Shown here one piece after another: positions 25,569-38,955 of a stretch of DNA of 64,000 nt (position 1 is the first letter of the stretch; the number at the start of each line of letters is the position of its first letter). The notes beneath the pieces are model-generated. The model was given only the letters and a program-made list of their open reading frames with translations. It searched no databases and had not been told where the DNA came from. The position numbers and the translations under genes are program-made. This stretch comes from Nageia nagi (Eukaryota; Plantae; Pinophyta), in assembly GCA_050084985.1 (NCBI GenBank), contig JBITNC010000001.1:134292001-134356000 (forward strand), read 5' to 3'.

Positions 25569-27350
25569 CTCTCACTAGATATGCTAGTGGTAGCACATGA
25601 CATGCCACTCACACCCATTAGCCCGTACCCTCTCATTCAAACTAGTGTATTTCACCTTTAGCTTAGTAATCTTGTTTGGTTACTCCTAATTTCTCTACAC
25701 CTTCTCACTCACAAAATGCCATGTGTTATTTACAGCTAGCTTAGCTAGATGGGCCTCTAAACAACCCTTCTCCTTATTTACTTATGCAACTTGACCCTAT
25801 AGCTCAGCCATTAGTGTAAAGATCCTCATTACCTTAACCTCTAAAGGCTATTATCTAATCACTTTCATCTCTAAGTCAACCAACTATGTTCTCAATTCCT
25901 CTACATCTATTACAAACCAAAATTATGATATTAGTACCCCAAACTAAATAAAAATATAATCAAACTACAAACTAATTTTTGTGTTACTGATAAAAATTTG
26001 TAATTTTTTTTGTACCTACATATGAAGCAACCATAGTTGGTATTTAGTGATGATATGCTAGGGGTAATTGGTGGTGATCCAAGATCATATCATGCACCTC
26101 CTCCTGTTGTTGCTCATTCTTAATATCAATATAATATTTATCTTAAAGAAGACTTGTCTAAAGATATTTCTATTTTTTTATTTTCTATCTCTATAAGGCC
26201 TATGGGAATTGGGTATAAGATGGCCCACTAGGAATCATATTCATCAACCATACTAAGGTTAGTTGAGATTTTTATCGATGCATCTATCTCAATTGGATCC
26301 TCCCATCTCATCATCTAGGAAGGTATAAATGCGACTCTAGCAAGGGCATCCCTCTTGATGATCTAATGAATATGGTAATAGATAAGAACAATTGATATAT
26401 CATGTGTGATCTTAAACTAGTGTGTAATATGGCCCAATTAGTATGGCTCCATATCCTTTCTCTAAGATTAGAGAAAATAATGTTGATGGACCTAAGCAAA
26501 ATGACAGGCATCCTCATCCCATGCATAGTCGTGATACACATACCATAAGATGTCCTTAGGCTATAGGGAATATACATCTCATCTCGTGGGCCTCTAAATC
26601 CATCAATGCCCAATAATACTTCACTTTTTTCATCCAATAGGTGATCCCAAGATATGTCTCATCAAATGGAAATACTCTAATATGACTAACCTGAATAAAA
26701 TAATGTGCTCATACACCCATACCTACATAAATATAACATGATAAAAAGTAATATTAGATTTTTATCATTCATAATATGGTGCATTTGAGCAAGAATGCAT
26801 GGCTCCCATGCAAAAATACTCTCTTTAGCATAAATATTATGAACTATATAAATTATACCATAAGTAAATATGGAATTATTCTTGTTAGGATACAAGAACA
26901 TGGTAACGATTGAGGTAAAAAATAGACAAAGAATTTGAACAACAAGCTCAAATTGACACATTGTATATAAATAAGCTACCCATTTCTCCTAATCATAGTC
27001 ATGTATCCCTATCAACTAGTGTGATAACTCATCCAATAGATGCTTCTATTTGACGATGGTATGGTCTACTATCCATTCACAAGTGGGAACCTTCCAAATA
27101 TAAAAGATATCAAGAAGTAGCATGATAATATTGTTAGTAGGGAGGTGGAAGGTGTTTGAATCTAGCTCCCATATCTTAATCAATGGTATCAATAATGGAA
27201 TATTGAGTTCCATATGCTTTACTACAACCATATCATACAATATGACTCCCTTTAGTAGTGAATTCTCATTGTTGGAATGAACCTAAATACTAGCCTTATC
27301 CAATGCATCTAGTTGGGTTGGTCCTCCCTTTATTAGCTTCTTCTATACCT
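25510..27350 (-). pseudogene. Aminotransferase-like plant mobile domain (PMD, MAIN/MAIL-related) protein remnant
   Basis: ELNIPLLIPLIKIWELDSNTFHLPTNNIIMLLLDIFYIWKVP (cf. LxERWxxETxTFHLPxGEMTITLxDV); FAWEPCILAQMHH; VWVYEHI; coiled-coil-like C-terminal segment at 25560-25900. Confidence 0.85.
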
Positions 27351-28712
27351 ACAATGCAAAGAAATTCTAATTCATGAGTTAAATTAGATAATTATAAAAA
27401 TAAACAAGAGACATCATTCAACCTAGTACTTTTGGGGAAAATTGTCATGGTGGGTCCATCAAACCTAAAGCCAAGTAGTTTAAAATGCTCAAAATCATCA
27501 ACTTCATAGAGAATTTTTTATCAAAACTTGCCAACTCAACTCTAAAGTATCAAATAGCTCCTCTAAGGATGATAGGTAAGCATAGGTCAGCTAACAAGTA
27601 AGAGCAAAATGTTAAAATGCAAATGAGTCAATTTAATTTACTTTTTCATTTTATTAAAACTCAAAAATCCTTATGTCCTAGAGAACGCATGTCCTTTTTC
27701 TTAATATAGATAATTTCAACATGAAAATTCAATTTTTATTGCTTATTTATCCTTTAAATTATGTTGAATTAGTTCTATATTTTTCAAAAATAAATTCTAA
27801 TGTATTCATGACACGTATGGCATACCTCATTAATGTTGTGGGGCGTTCATGCCCTCTTTTCAATATAAATTTTCCTATTATTCATGCAATATTTTTCTAA
27901 TTATTTTTGCAAAATTATGATTGTTAAATGTTATATTTGTACACAAATGATTATCAAGCATGTTATTGCTAACAATTTTTCATAAGAGTATTTCAAAAAA
28001 TTTACAAAATTAAGGGTGTTAACATCATGCAAGTTCTATTACCATGGTATTCATATCATTTAGACCAAATAATATATTCAATATTTGGTATTTTTAAAGT
28101 CAATACCACTTCATATAGTAAAAATCTAGTATGACAAATCTTTTGTATCAATTTCAAATGCAAATTTCTCATACATACAACTACATTTATACTCACAAAA
28201 TTTTCAAAGAACCATGGTTCAACCATAAGCATAAATGTCAAATACAATTTTATAGGTCATAGGTGATTCTATGATTACAAATTGACTTTATAGATTTGGG
28301 GCATTCTTCAATCCCATTTGCACCAACAAAATTCCAAATATGCCATCAACCATAAAGTTAATGCTTCAAATTCAACACATTTCATCTATTCTATATTTGC
28401 TACTACATGCTTATTCTTTTAAAATATGTACTCTATGTGGGTATTATCTTATTTTCTTCCATATATTCATCTTCACAATATTAGAGAATATAGATATAGA
28501 AATCTTGAATCCTTAAATTGAAATATGCAAGTTTTGATATGGTTCCCCATAGAAAAATTCCTTAGGGAAACCAAACCCAAAATAGGGGTAGCAAGATATT
28601 ATAGTCAAGAATAAAAAAATTTCAAGGAAGTGCTCTCTATTGTTATAAAAAATTTCATACTTGTTTATGCTTATTTGTATTATGTAATTTCAAATTATTT
28701 TTATTACATATC

Positions 28713-29300
28713 AAAAGAGGGGTAAAATGTAAACACCTAAAAATGATTTCTTATTATTTAATAAATCATATTTAGACATATTAAAAGAATGAATAATAAT
28801 ATTGCATAAATCAATGCTAATATGTTATCCAAGTATTATACCATGTGCTAAGTTCAATGGCCTATCATTAATCATGATTATATCTACAAATATCTTGATA
28901 TTTTAAAGATTATATTATATGACTATATGTGGGCCTTCACTCCCTTCTATGTAGGTATAATTGGAGGAGTTCAAGTTCATATTAGTTGTTGGATCTCTCT
29001 TATAAGTGTTTATCCATACATCATACTACACTTATGGTGTCTTTTGATACCATCTATTTGAGGATTTTGTTAGGCTTTGAGCTTATATTATATTATATCA
29101 TATTTATATGCTTTCATCCTATCTATCGAACAACATGTACAATGTGAGGAAACTGCAAAAATAGCATCAATGTCATTCTATTTTATGATCCAAAGCTACA
29201 GATCTAAAGGATGTCAATCATAGAGCTGATTCATTTATCATCAATAACAACATATAGTGATCAAAGTAAAATATAACCACTACCATCTATATAACATGTC
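28713..29300 (+). mobile_element. PPT and start of a probable Gypsy 3' LTR (end uncertain)
   Basis: aaaagaggggtaaaa immediately followed by TGtaaacacctaaaaatg at 28728; no partner LTR in the window. Confidence 0.5.
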
Positions 29301-29939
29301 TATAATTCAAAAGCTTAGCTAATATCAACTATCAATTATTCTTCCTTTGGGTAACTTGATTATTATTTTTTGAAACTGTGGGTGCTCATCTGAGGAGCTA
29401 CTTGTGGGACTGACTTGTACTTATCTTGTTATCTCTCATCGTATCTCCTTTACAACTACCTTATGTGGTCTCCCTTTTTTCTTTATTTTTTGTCTCAAGG
29501 TCTCCCTTCTCTATTTCTACTGGTGGCATGGATCCTAGTTAAGGTTTATACAAGTTTCAAACCCCTTTTTCACTAGTGATTTTGAGGAAGCCTTATAGCC
29601 CCCTTTTGCTTGTCCTTTCTTTTTCCTTTATGATTGTGCTATGTAGGTTCTTCTTCCCTAGCTTCATTACAACCTAACCATGATATAATTTCCCATATAA
29701 ATCATTTTAGAGAATGTAGTGCATTTTAAATTTGTAATATTATATTATCATATATAAAATATAATAACTCTATAATAGATGGTAAAATTTCTACAAAATC
29801 AATATAAATTTACTTTTAAGAATTTTAATGAAAATGTGAATTATCTTTGATCAATGTAAAAATGATGTTGAAAATATGTGAATTATGATTCAAATAAATT
29901 CACTAATAATATAATTTGGTAAAGCTTCAAGTATTCATT

Positions 29940-30130
29940 TTCTCAGTTGTTGGTTGAGTTGGTCATGTGATTACCTTGTTGGTACTTGTTTCCCATGTTT
30001 GATTCCCACTATAAGATATACATGTTATGTACTGGTCCACTATAGTCATCCCATAGAACATTGTTGATCTCCCATAGATTTTGATATCCTTTCTTTCTTC
30101 CTTGCTTTTATAGTCCTTTGTATTCAATAA
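29940..30130 (+). mobile_element. Possible degenerate tRNA-derived SINE
   Basis: A-box-like tcagttgttggttgag and B-box-like gtttgattccc at tRNA-like spacing; no clear TSD. Confidence 0.3.
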
Positions 30131-31134
30131 TATTTTTAAAAATATGTATTTGTATTTAGTTTGTATATATTTTTTTCTTGGTGATGAAGTATAAATATAT
30201 TTTAAAATATCTTTTTAAAAAATTTTTAATCTATAAAATATCATTAAGTTATCTTTCATAATAATTTTAAATAATATAAATTATTTAATTATGATGTTGC
30301 ATATAAACATTTTTAAAGATTTTATGTATATTTCAAGTTTGTAGCTCCTTAGTTATATTGTAAAAACTAAAAAGTACTTCATCACTCTTTAGTTAAAGGT
30401 ATACTATAAATTCTTTTACAACAATAATCTTGATGCTCAATGATTGTAAATTTAAAACTATTATAAGAATATACATTATAATTTGGAAGTTATATTTTGA
30501 TATAAGACTCTTATAAGATATCAAAATCCAAATTTAATAAATACAAAACTATTATATTGATCCCAATAAGATACATAAATCTAAAATATCATATGGAATG
30601 TATAGCTTTGAATTTGAATATATAACTTTAAAATGTAGTTTCTATGATTTTGAAATCAAAACATAAAATATTAATTTTTAGTTATATTATTTTATATTTA
30701 AAAGTTATTTTAATAATATACAATTGAATTTCCATATTAATATGTATAACATATCTCAAGATAATTTATTTTACAAGAAAAAGTCAATCTAAGCCACCTA
30801 TAAGAAAATGACAACTTAATTCGCTATCAATTTTATTTCACAAATTTAAATAATTTACAAATATAAGAGATTTAAATAATTTCATAAAGATTAACATAAT
30901 AAATAATTACATACTATATTTATTATGAAAATGTAAACAACAAAAAGATGAAAAAAATTAAATAAAAATATATAAATACAATAAAAAGAGAAATAAAAAA
31001 TAAATCTTTGTAAAGAATACATCTAAAAAAGAAATATGGATTTTATGTAATTATGATTTTGGCATTTAAACACTAAATTAAAAAATTATTTTGTCATTAA
31101 TATATTTAACTTTGTCACAAAATATCAACTATTT

Positions 31135-31399
31135 ACCAATAGTTATGAGGGGAGTTCATTAGAGAGTGGGTTGTTGAAGCTCTCAAGTGGAAGAAGGGAG
31201 GCCCGATTCAAATCTCTCCTCCTCACATGCATGGTATCTAAAATCTTATCGAGTTATGGTAGATGCAAATGAGGTGGGGATCTTGGTGGATTTTGACAGT
31301 ATGAATGGCCCTTAATCATTGGGTCGAAACCTAAGATAAAATGATGTCTATATCAAGGTGCAAAAGTTTCTCCCTTCTCGAGATGGTTTACCAAACAAA
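31135..31399 (+). mobile_element. tRNA-derived SINE (~265 bp)
   Basis: Perfect 16-bp TSD aaaatatcaactattt (31119-31134 / 31400-31415); A-box-like tagagagtgg; B-box-like gattcaaatc; A-rich tail; GC-richer than flanks. Confidence 0.8.
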
Positions 31400-32777
31400 A
31401 AAATATCAACTATTTGTCACTACTATACATATTACAAAATAATATATTTAAATTATTATTCCATTAAAAATATTTAACTTTGTTACAAAAAATCAACTAC
31501 TATTTACCACTAATATATATTATATAAATGAAATATTTTTTGCTCGTAACAAGTTAAATGATATATTATAATGCAAAAAAATAAAATTTGATTAATATTT
31601 TAGATTTTTATCTATATCAATCGAATAAGAAATGTTAATGTGGGAAACTTAATTAGTAAGTAGATGTTTCAATCTAGAAACCTTGATTGATAAGGGCATC
31701 TTAAAATTCATTAATATTATTAATCATGGTAAAAAAATTAATAAATACAAACTCTAAGTAAATAAAAGTTCATCATCATAATAGAACAGGTTCATCTTCA
31801 AATATGTAGAACTTTTATCACCTAATAATTAACGTTAATCATCAATAGGAAAAGTTTAATCATAAATCATCATCAAACATGTATAAATTTATCACCAAGA
31901 AAAAAAAGTTATCTAAAATAAGTTCCATTTAAGTTGATAAATCATCAAATAATATTAAGAAAATTTAGATAAGTATTATCATCAATTAATGAGGTTTATC
32001 AAATGAATAAATCATTAAACAAATAATATGTCAATGTTAGATGATAAATGATAGTGTTAATCATCAAAACAACATATAATACCAATGGAATACAGACATT
32101 AGTATGTTAATCAATAAGCATAAGTATATTGTTGATAAAGAAAGTTAACCATTTAAAAAATTACCATAGATGATTAATGATAACATCAATTATTGTGACA
32201 ACACATGATATCATTGGAATATGAATTTTAGCATGTTCATCAATGGACATTAGTTAATTATCGATAAAAAAATTCAACCATTTCAAAAATTATCAAATGC
32301 TCATATAAGATACTCATAATTCAATGCAAACTATATACTAAAATTAGTTGTATAAATATAAAAATATAAACTAGTTATCATTTTATTTTACAAGTTTAAA
32401 TTTAGAAATAAATATATAATATAAATTTTATCATAAATAATTATTAGCATAATATTAAACTAAACAACTTATTCATCTTGCAAATATACAAAACATAAAT
32501 ATCATGTAAAAGTTAAAATTATCTTATAAATTTAATTATAAAAATAGAGTACAATTCATAACTTTGTAATTAATTTAAAATTATCTTAACCTCCCTCTCC
32601 CACTCACTTCCACCTTGTGTCCCTCTCCCTCTTTCTCTCCCTCCTCCAAGCAAATAATCCATGATTTACCTAAGTTATAAGATTTATGGGCAAGATCACT
32701 ACTCTAAGAAGATTAATGGTTCCAATTGACACCTCATTATAAAAAAAAACTTTGTAATTGATTTAAAATTATATTTA

Positions 32778-34200
32778 TCTCCCTCTCTCACCCCTTTACC
32801 ATGCTCTTCTACCCCCAACCCTCCTCCCACTCACTTCCCTCTCTCTCCATCTCCCCTACCTCCCACCCCTCTCTCCCTCACACCCTTTCCACGTCCCTCC
32901 CCATCCTCCTCTCTTATACATCTCCCACTTTCAATCTCTAATGTCTACCTCTCCCCTTCTCTCCTTCCCTCTCACACCACCTCTCGTACTCCCCCTCTCC
33001 CCCTTCAATCCCCTCCCTCTATGCCCCTCTCCCACTCTCTTGCATCCCCTCCTCTATTCATCTCTCGCACCACCTCCCTCTCTCCCTCACTTGCACCCCT
33101 TCCACTCCCACACTCCTCTCCTCCACCCCCTCTCCTCCCTCACTCTCACTCCCACACTCCTTGCACACCTCACTCCCCCCACTCTCGCATCTCTCCCTTC
33201 CCCCTCTCCTCCCACTCTCCATCCCTCCATTTATCTCTTCCACCCCTTCCCTCTCACTCTTCCACTCTATCTCCCCCTCTCTCACCCCTTCTACTCTCTC
33301 GCACCCCTTCCCCCTCCCTCTCTCACCACCTCTTGAGATCTCGCACACCTTCCCACTCTCCCTCCCTCACACCCTCTCCCTCTACCTTCCCACTCTCTTG
33401 CATCGTACCCTTTTCTGCACTCTTGCATCCACTCCATCCCCCTCCCTCACACCCACTCCCTCTCTCCCCCTCCACACTATTGCATCTCCCTTCCACCTCT
33501 CCTCCCATTCTCCCTCCTTTCATTTATTTCTTCCAACCCTTCCCTCTCTTCCCCTCTTTCACTCTCGCACTCCCCACTCTCCCACTTTGCCTCCCCTACT
33601 CTCTTACACCCCACCCTTCTCTTCCTCCTCCCATTATGCCTCCACCCCCATTATCTCACACCCCTTCTCCCACTCTCTTGCATCCCTTCCTCCTCCCTCT
33701 CTCACTTCTCGAGATCTTGCATCCCCTCCCACTCTCTCCTTTTCCCCTCCTCCCACTCTCTACCACCCCTTCCTTCTCTCATTACCCCCTCCCTCACTCT
33801 TCACCTTCGCACCCCCACCCCTCTCCTATGACTCTCCCTCCCTTGCACCCCCTCTCCCTCTCTACCTCCCCCATCTCACTCTCTCGCATCGCATCTTACC
33901 CCCACTCTTCATTCTCGCTCCCTCACTCTTGCACCTTACCCCCTCCTCACTCTCTTGCCCATTCCCATCCCTCCCTCCCTCTCACACCCATCCCCCTCCC
34001 TCACTCTCTTGCACCCCCTCCCACTCTCTTACAACCCCTCTCATTCTCCCACTCCCTCCCCTTATGCCTCTCCCTTTGCCCTCCCTCCTCTCTCCATCTC
34101 TACCCTCTCTCACACTCCCACTCTTCCCCTTATACCACTCTCTTGCATCCCATTCTACCCCCTCTCCCGTTCTCTCACACCCCCTTCCTCCCACCCTCCC
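32778..34200. repeat. ~1.4-kb C/T-rich low-complexity minisatellite-like tract
   Basis: Strongly pyrimidine-rich + strand, almost no G except in the recurring ctct(c/t)gca(c/t)ccc motif. Confidence 0.95.
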
Positions 34201-35494
34201 ATTAACTTTGTAATTATTTTAATTCATTATATATTTATTCATTTTTTTAAATTTTAAAATTGTAATAATTATAAATATATAAATTATATTCATTGATATC
34301 ATTGCAAAAAGTGGATACTGATTAGTATTACATTCATTATTCAATAAAAAAATTGTATAAACAAAAGTTGGTTATCAACTTAAATTATATTATTAACAAT
34401 TAATCATTTTTTATTTCAATATAATATGCAATTTATATGATTATAATTTGTATTAAAAAATGTATCCAATCTTCACAATATATAAATATTATTTTGTATT
34501 TATATATTAAATTAGGAAAATAAGATCATATTAAAATATTTAACTTTTGGTTTAATGTGTCACAATGAGAACATTCAAACTTTGTTGTTAAATATCAAGT
34601 TTTTAAAATTATTATCATATATACAATCAAAATGTTCAAAAAATAATTTTATATGTATCCATTGAAAAGAAAAAAATTATTTTTTTTTACTTATTTATAT
34701 AATATTGTTTACTCATTCACATGATCCAATTAATAAAATTTATTGTAATTATAAATATTTTAAATTTAATCCATATTATTTATTACAATCATCCAACAAA
34801 AATAAAATATAAAATAACAACCAAAGGTCCAAGATACAAACCCTAAAGGAGGTTTATGGCCATCCTTTAAGGCTTTATGAGAGGGTTTACCACCCCTTTA
34901 AAAATATTTTTTTTATTAACAAATATTGATTGAGTACATAAAAAAAAGAATTTAGATTATATAAAAATAACTTCTATCTTAGATGAAAGATTTTCAAGTA
35001 TTGTGAAATAATAACCAACATATTATTAACATGACACTTGGTTGACAATATAGTAAAAATAAAAAATTAAAATTATATAAAAATAAGTTTTAAAAATAAT
35101 TTATATATCCACCGACTAATACTTTATCCTGCAAAATAAAAATCAACATAATATTTTGTTAACATCGTAACAAAATTAAAAATATTTTCCATTTTTATAA
35201 ATAATATCATTTATATTTAAATAAAAAATAAAACTATTTTAAATTCAATATCTACTACTAAAAACCTTTTAAATTTTGATTAAAAAAAGATATCTAATTT
35301 TAAATTTTCTTATAATTGCAGTTTGCTTGGGTGCTTTGTTGCTTTCTTCCCGCCACATTTTTCCATGCCAAAATAATAATAAGTTGGGATTTCAATGTTG
35401 TGAAACATCCATACCAAATCACTAAATGATGACTTTCCTCTTGAAATTGAAATCCAGACAGATAAATTCAGAAATAAATAGTGAAGGTAAAATA

Positions 35495-35865
35495 CCTGCA
35501 ATGCCTATTGCTTTGAAGTCGACGTCAAACACGTCCTTTATCTGTTCAGTACAGAAAGTGCACCAGCAAATTGTGGGATTCTATTCTTGGAAATCTTATT
35601 CTTCTTCATTTCAACCTCTGCACGCAGGTTACAACATAACTATCGCTCTAATAAAATAAAAATCTATGGTAGTAAAGGAGGATTTCATTACCCTGTGTGT
35701 GTCATTGAATATGTGTAAACATCTAGGGTCGCTCGTTTCTACCTGGATGAGCTTCAGCGCTTTCTGCCTATTATTGTGAATGGTGCTGGGGTCGTCGATC
35801 ATTCTCACCATCTCATCGAAAATTCTTTCAAAGGCCACCTCAGAAAACATATTATCGCATTTACG
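35495..35865 (-). pseudogene. TOL1: TOM1-like (TOL1-type) VHS/GAT gene fragment, 2 exons
   Basis: KCDNMFSEVAFERIFDEMVRMIDDPSTIHNNRQKALKLIQVETSDPRCLHIFNDTHR | GT-AG intron 35691-35618 | RLK*RRIRFP..EQIKDVFDV; matches recalled TOL1 FSEVAAERVLDEMVKLIDDPQTVVNNRNKALMLI..SLKARGIRFP..EQTKEAFD; stop codon and internal deletion. Confidence 0.85.
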
Positions 35866-36644
35866 AAGCTACAAAGTTCACTGGGTTATTTCCATATTTA
35901 TTATCAGTCGATTTCGTTTGGTTGCACAGAGAAGTTGTTTGGTAGAATGCCATGCTGTTTTGAAGTTGATTATGTGATGTGATGGGTCGGATTGTGGGAA
36001 TGTTGTGGGTTCTCTGACACTCACAGTATTTGGAGGTCGAATGGGTAAAATTCAATTGTGCAAGTACTGTGGAATGATTTAGATGGTGGGCTGCAATGAT
36101 AAATCATTTTAAATTTGATGGGAATATTTGCTTTGAGGGGCAATTTTCTGGAAATGGGTAATTAGGAGGCCTACCAAAATACCTAGAGTCTATGTTTTTC
36201 CAACCAAGAAAAGCTAATGGCAACAAGCATCATTTCATTTGTGGACATTTGATTGAAACTTTTGTAACAGACCACTAACATTTTTTCAACAAGAATGCAA
36301 AACAAAAGATGTTGATTTTGCTTGAACTAGCATTTTTCGGCTCACATGGAAAAAGATGGACTTCCAATCCTTAAACAATGCAAAATGTCTGCATCATTTC
36401 TCGCCTTTACAAATAAAATGCATACTAATATGTGTAACATACAGTATGAAAGTAGACAAAAACATTTTCGTAACTTTTTAGCTGTACCCACATGAATTGA
36501 CGTTTTTGAACTACATAGATTTTTATCTCTTCATGGTGGGCTCTTCAATCTTAGTTGTCGATCAGTCTAAGCTTGCATACATTTTGATTTCTTCATGGTG
36601 TCATCTTCAATCTTGGTAGTCTCTGATTGGGAAGAAAACATCAG

Positions 36645-37632
36645 ATGGCTAGCTCAAGTAGTCTCCAAGGCCTAGATGCAACACTCCATGCAATAACATC
36701 CCATGAACCTCCATTGGAAACAATCTCGTTCTACCAACTTTCAGAGACATTGGAAATTTCAAGCTTCCATGACACTGAGAAATCACTCAACGTCAACATC
36801 CTAAAGCTCAAGAAGAAGGATGATTCTTTCCAGAGAGTTCTAGAAGCTCTTAATGAAAATACGACATTACCTTGGATTTTAACAAAGTCAGCAAAGCTCT
36901 GTACTACAATCAAGAACAGATCAACTTTGAAAAGGGTGGCTTTTCAGCAGAGCTATCTTGGGTCTGATGGAGTTAAGATCGTGGCAGAGATGTTGAAGAA
37001 AAATGGTGTTAAGCTTCCGAGTCTGGGACTGGATCCTCTGGATCTTTGGCCATTGCTTCAGCCTTGAAGATCAATGAGAAATTGGAGGAATTGCAGATTT
37101 GGGAGGACTCAATTGGATTAAGATGGGCAGAAGAAATGGCCAAGATGATTGAAGTGAATTCAACCCTGAGATTCTTGACCATAATGGATATGCAATCAAT
37201 TACAACAGCTCACCCTCTTGTTTTGGTCGCACTGGGAAGGAATAGGAATTTGGAGCTTCATGTGTGGAATAGGGTAAGTGGAGTAAGATCCTGAGGGTTC
37301 ATAGGATTGACACTTCAGGGTGTTATAGGATTGCCTGTGCTCTAGGGTGCAATACTACTGTGGAAAATTTGGATATCAGTGGATATAATGTCAACTCCAA
37401 ATGTGCTCGTGAGTTCAAGAGAGTCCTAGAGGAGAATAGGACTTTGAAACACTTGAATATATGAAAAACAAGTATGAGTGATAAGGGTGTCTATTACATT
37501 GCAGCTGCTCTGTTTTAAAACAATACTCTGCAGTCTCCGCAGCTTGAAAAGAATCCAATGGGGGGTGACGGAATTGATCATTTGTTGTGTCCCTTGACTA
37601 GATTCAAACCAGGCCAAGCACAAGCCAATAAA
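36645..37632 (+). pseudogene. TRN1: TORNADO1 N-terminal LRR region pseudogene fragment
   Basis: ASALKINEKLEELQIWEDSIG..EEMAKMIEVNSTL; RIDTSGCYRIACALGCNTTVENLD..AREFKRVLEENRTL; KGVYYIAAALF*N; GIDHLLCPLTRF..QAN, all matching recalled TRN1; frameshifts, stops, no C-terminal GTPase part. Confidence 0.92.
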
Positions 37633-38955
37633 GTTTCTGAGAGATTCTGCAGAGGCATGCACATTGACTATACTGCCAACAAAATCTTGCACCAAAATGT
37701 TCCGGAATCCTGCATAAACAAAGATCTTCTGTTCTACATAGACAAGGCTCTTCAAAAACTCAACTTTGAAGTTTGAACCTCTTCCCGTGTCTTGAAACGC
37801 CTTCTGGACAGGGTAATCAAGCTCCTTCAGCAGACACATGAAAAAAGCATAAACTGCATTCCAAGTTTGAACTTATAAATAGCTCTCTCATACCATGTTC
37901 GTGAAGAGAGAAAAATGCCATATAGAGAACATCAACAGCAATGGGTGTTTTATACCTCAGAGTTATGGTTAATAGAACTGTAAAATATAATATTTCCAAC
38001 ATTTTTGATGCTTGGACATCTCAACATCCCACAACTGTAGCAGGCACATCCACCTTTTCAAGAATGAATCAGGATAGCCTATATTGATCTCCTACATCCC
38101 CAAGATAACACTATACCAGAAGCCAAATACCAGGGCCAGTAGATTGGTGTCTCCCACTTCTGGGTGTCAGGGACACATCCCTATGTACTCTTGATAAAAA
38201 GAGAGTTCTAACTGAGAAAAAACTTGTATGCATGCTCTCATAGGAAGGTCCTTTGACTAAACATCTTCTCAAGGTTACAGACATAAATATCAGTGGCTGC
38301 CATAGGAAAACCGATTGTTAATGGATGTTTGGTTGGTCATTGTTTTCAATCCCTTATTGAATCTTTTAATTTATATTCAGATATGCATAAGTATATGCTT
38401 TGATAGTGCTGTACCAAGTCAGGTCAGTAACATGAGTATTTACTAATGTTGTGTTAATGACAACCTTATTGACGAGTCAATAAAGTGGTTATACATACTA
38501 TAGTTATATGAATGAATTAAATCGTTAAATCCATTATATATGGGACTTCTTTTTTATTTGATATTTACACTTCATAGATACAATAATATTATAATCAGTC
38601 AATAAAACAAACAAAAATGTAAAACACATTATGTTTTTTCGACTGTAAAGAAACAGGTCAGGTATGTACCATCATAACAGATTCTAATATTATTGTGCCA
38701 AAAATAAATGCAGAAATTTGAATTAATATTTCCCACTTTTTATAACCGTAGATACAGTAAAAAAACAATGAAAATTAATTATATATGATGAAGGGTAAGT
38801 AAAAGAATTTATTGACCATAAGATACTAATTCATACTTTTTCAATAATTTTCTCAATATTCCAAAAAGATTTGACATAAAGCACAGTAAATATAGTAATC
38901 AAATTAAAATAACCTAAGATAGCTCACATTGATAAGGTCATGCAGAAAGCCACAC

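Noticed and set aside
32941-34257. Long ORFs (394, 350, 131 aa) resembling extensin/proline-rich proteins
   Set aside because: All three + frames are largely open because a C/T tract cannot form stop codons; no signal peptide or SPPPP periodicity
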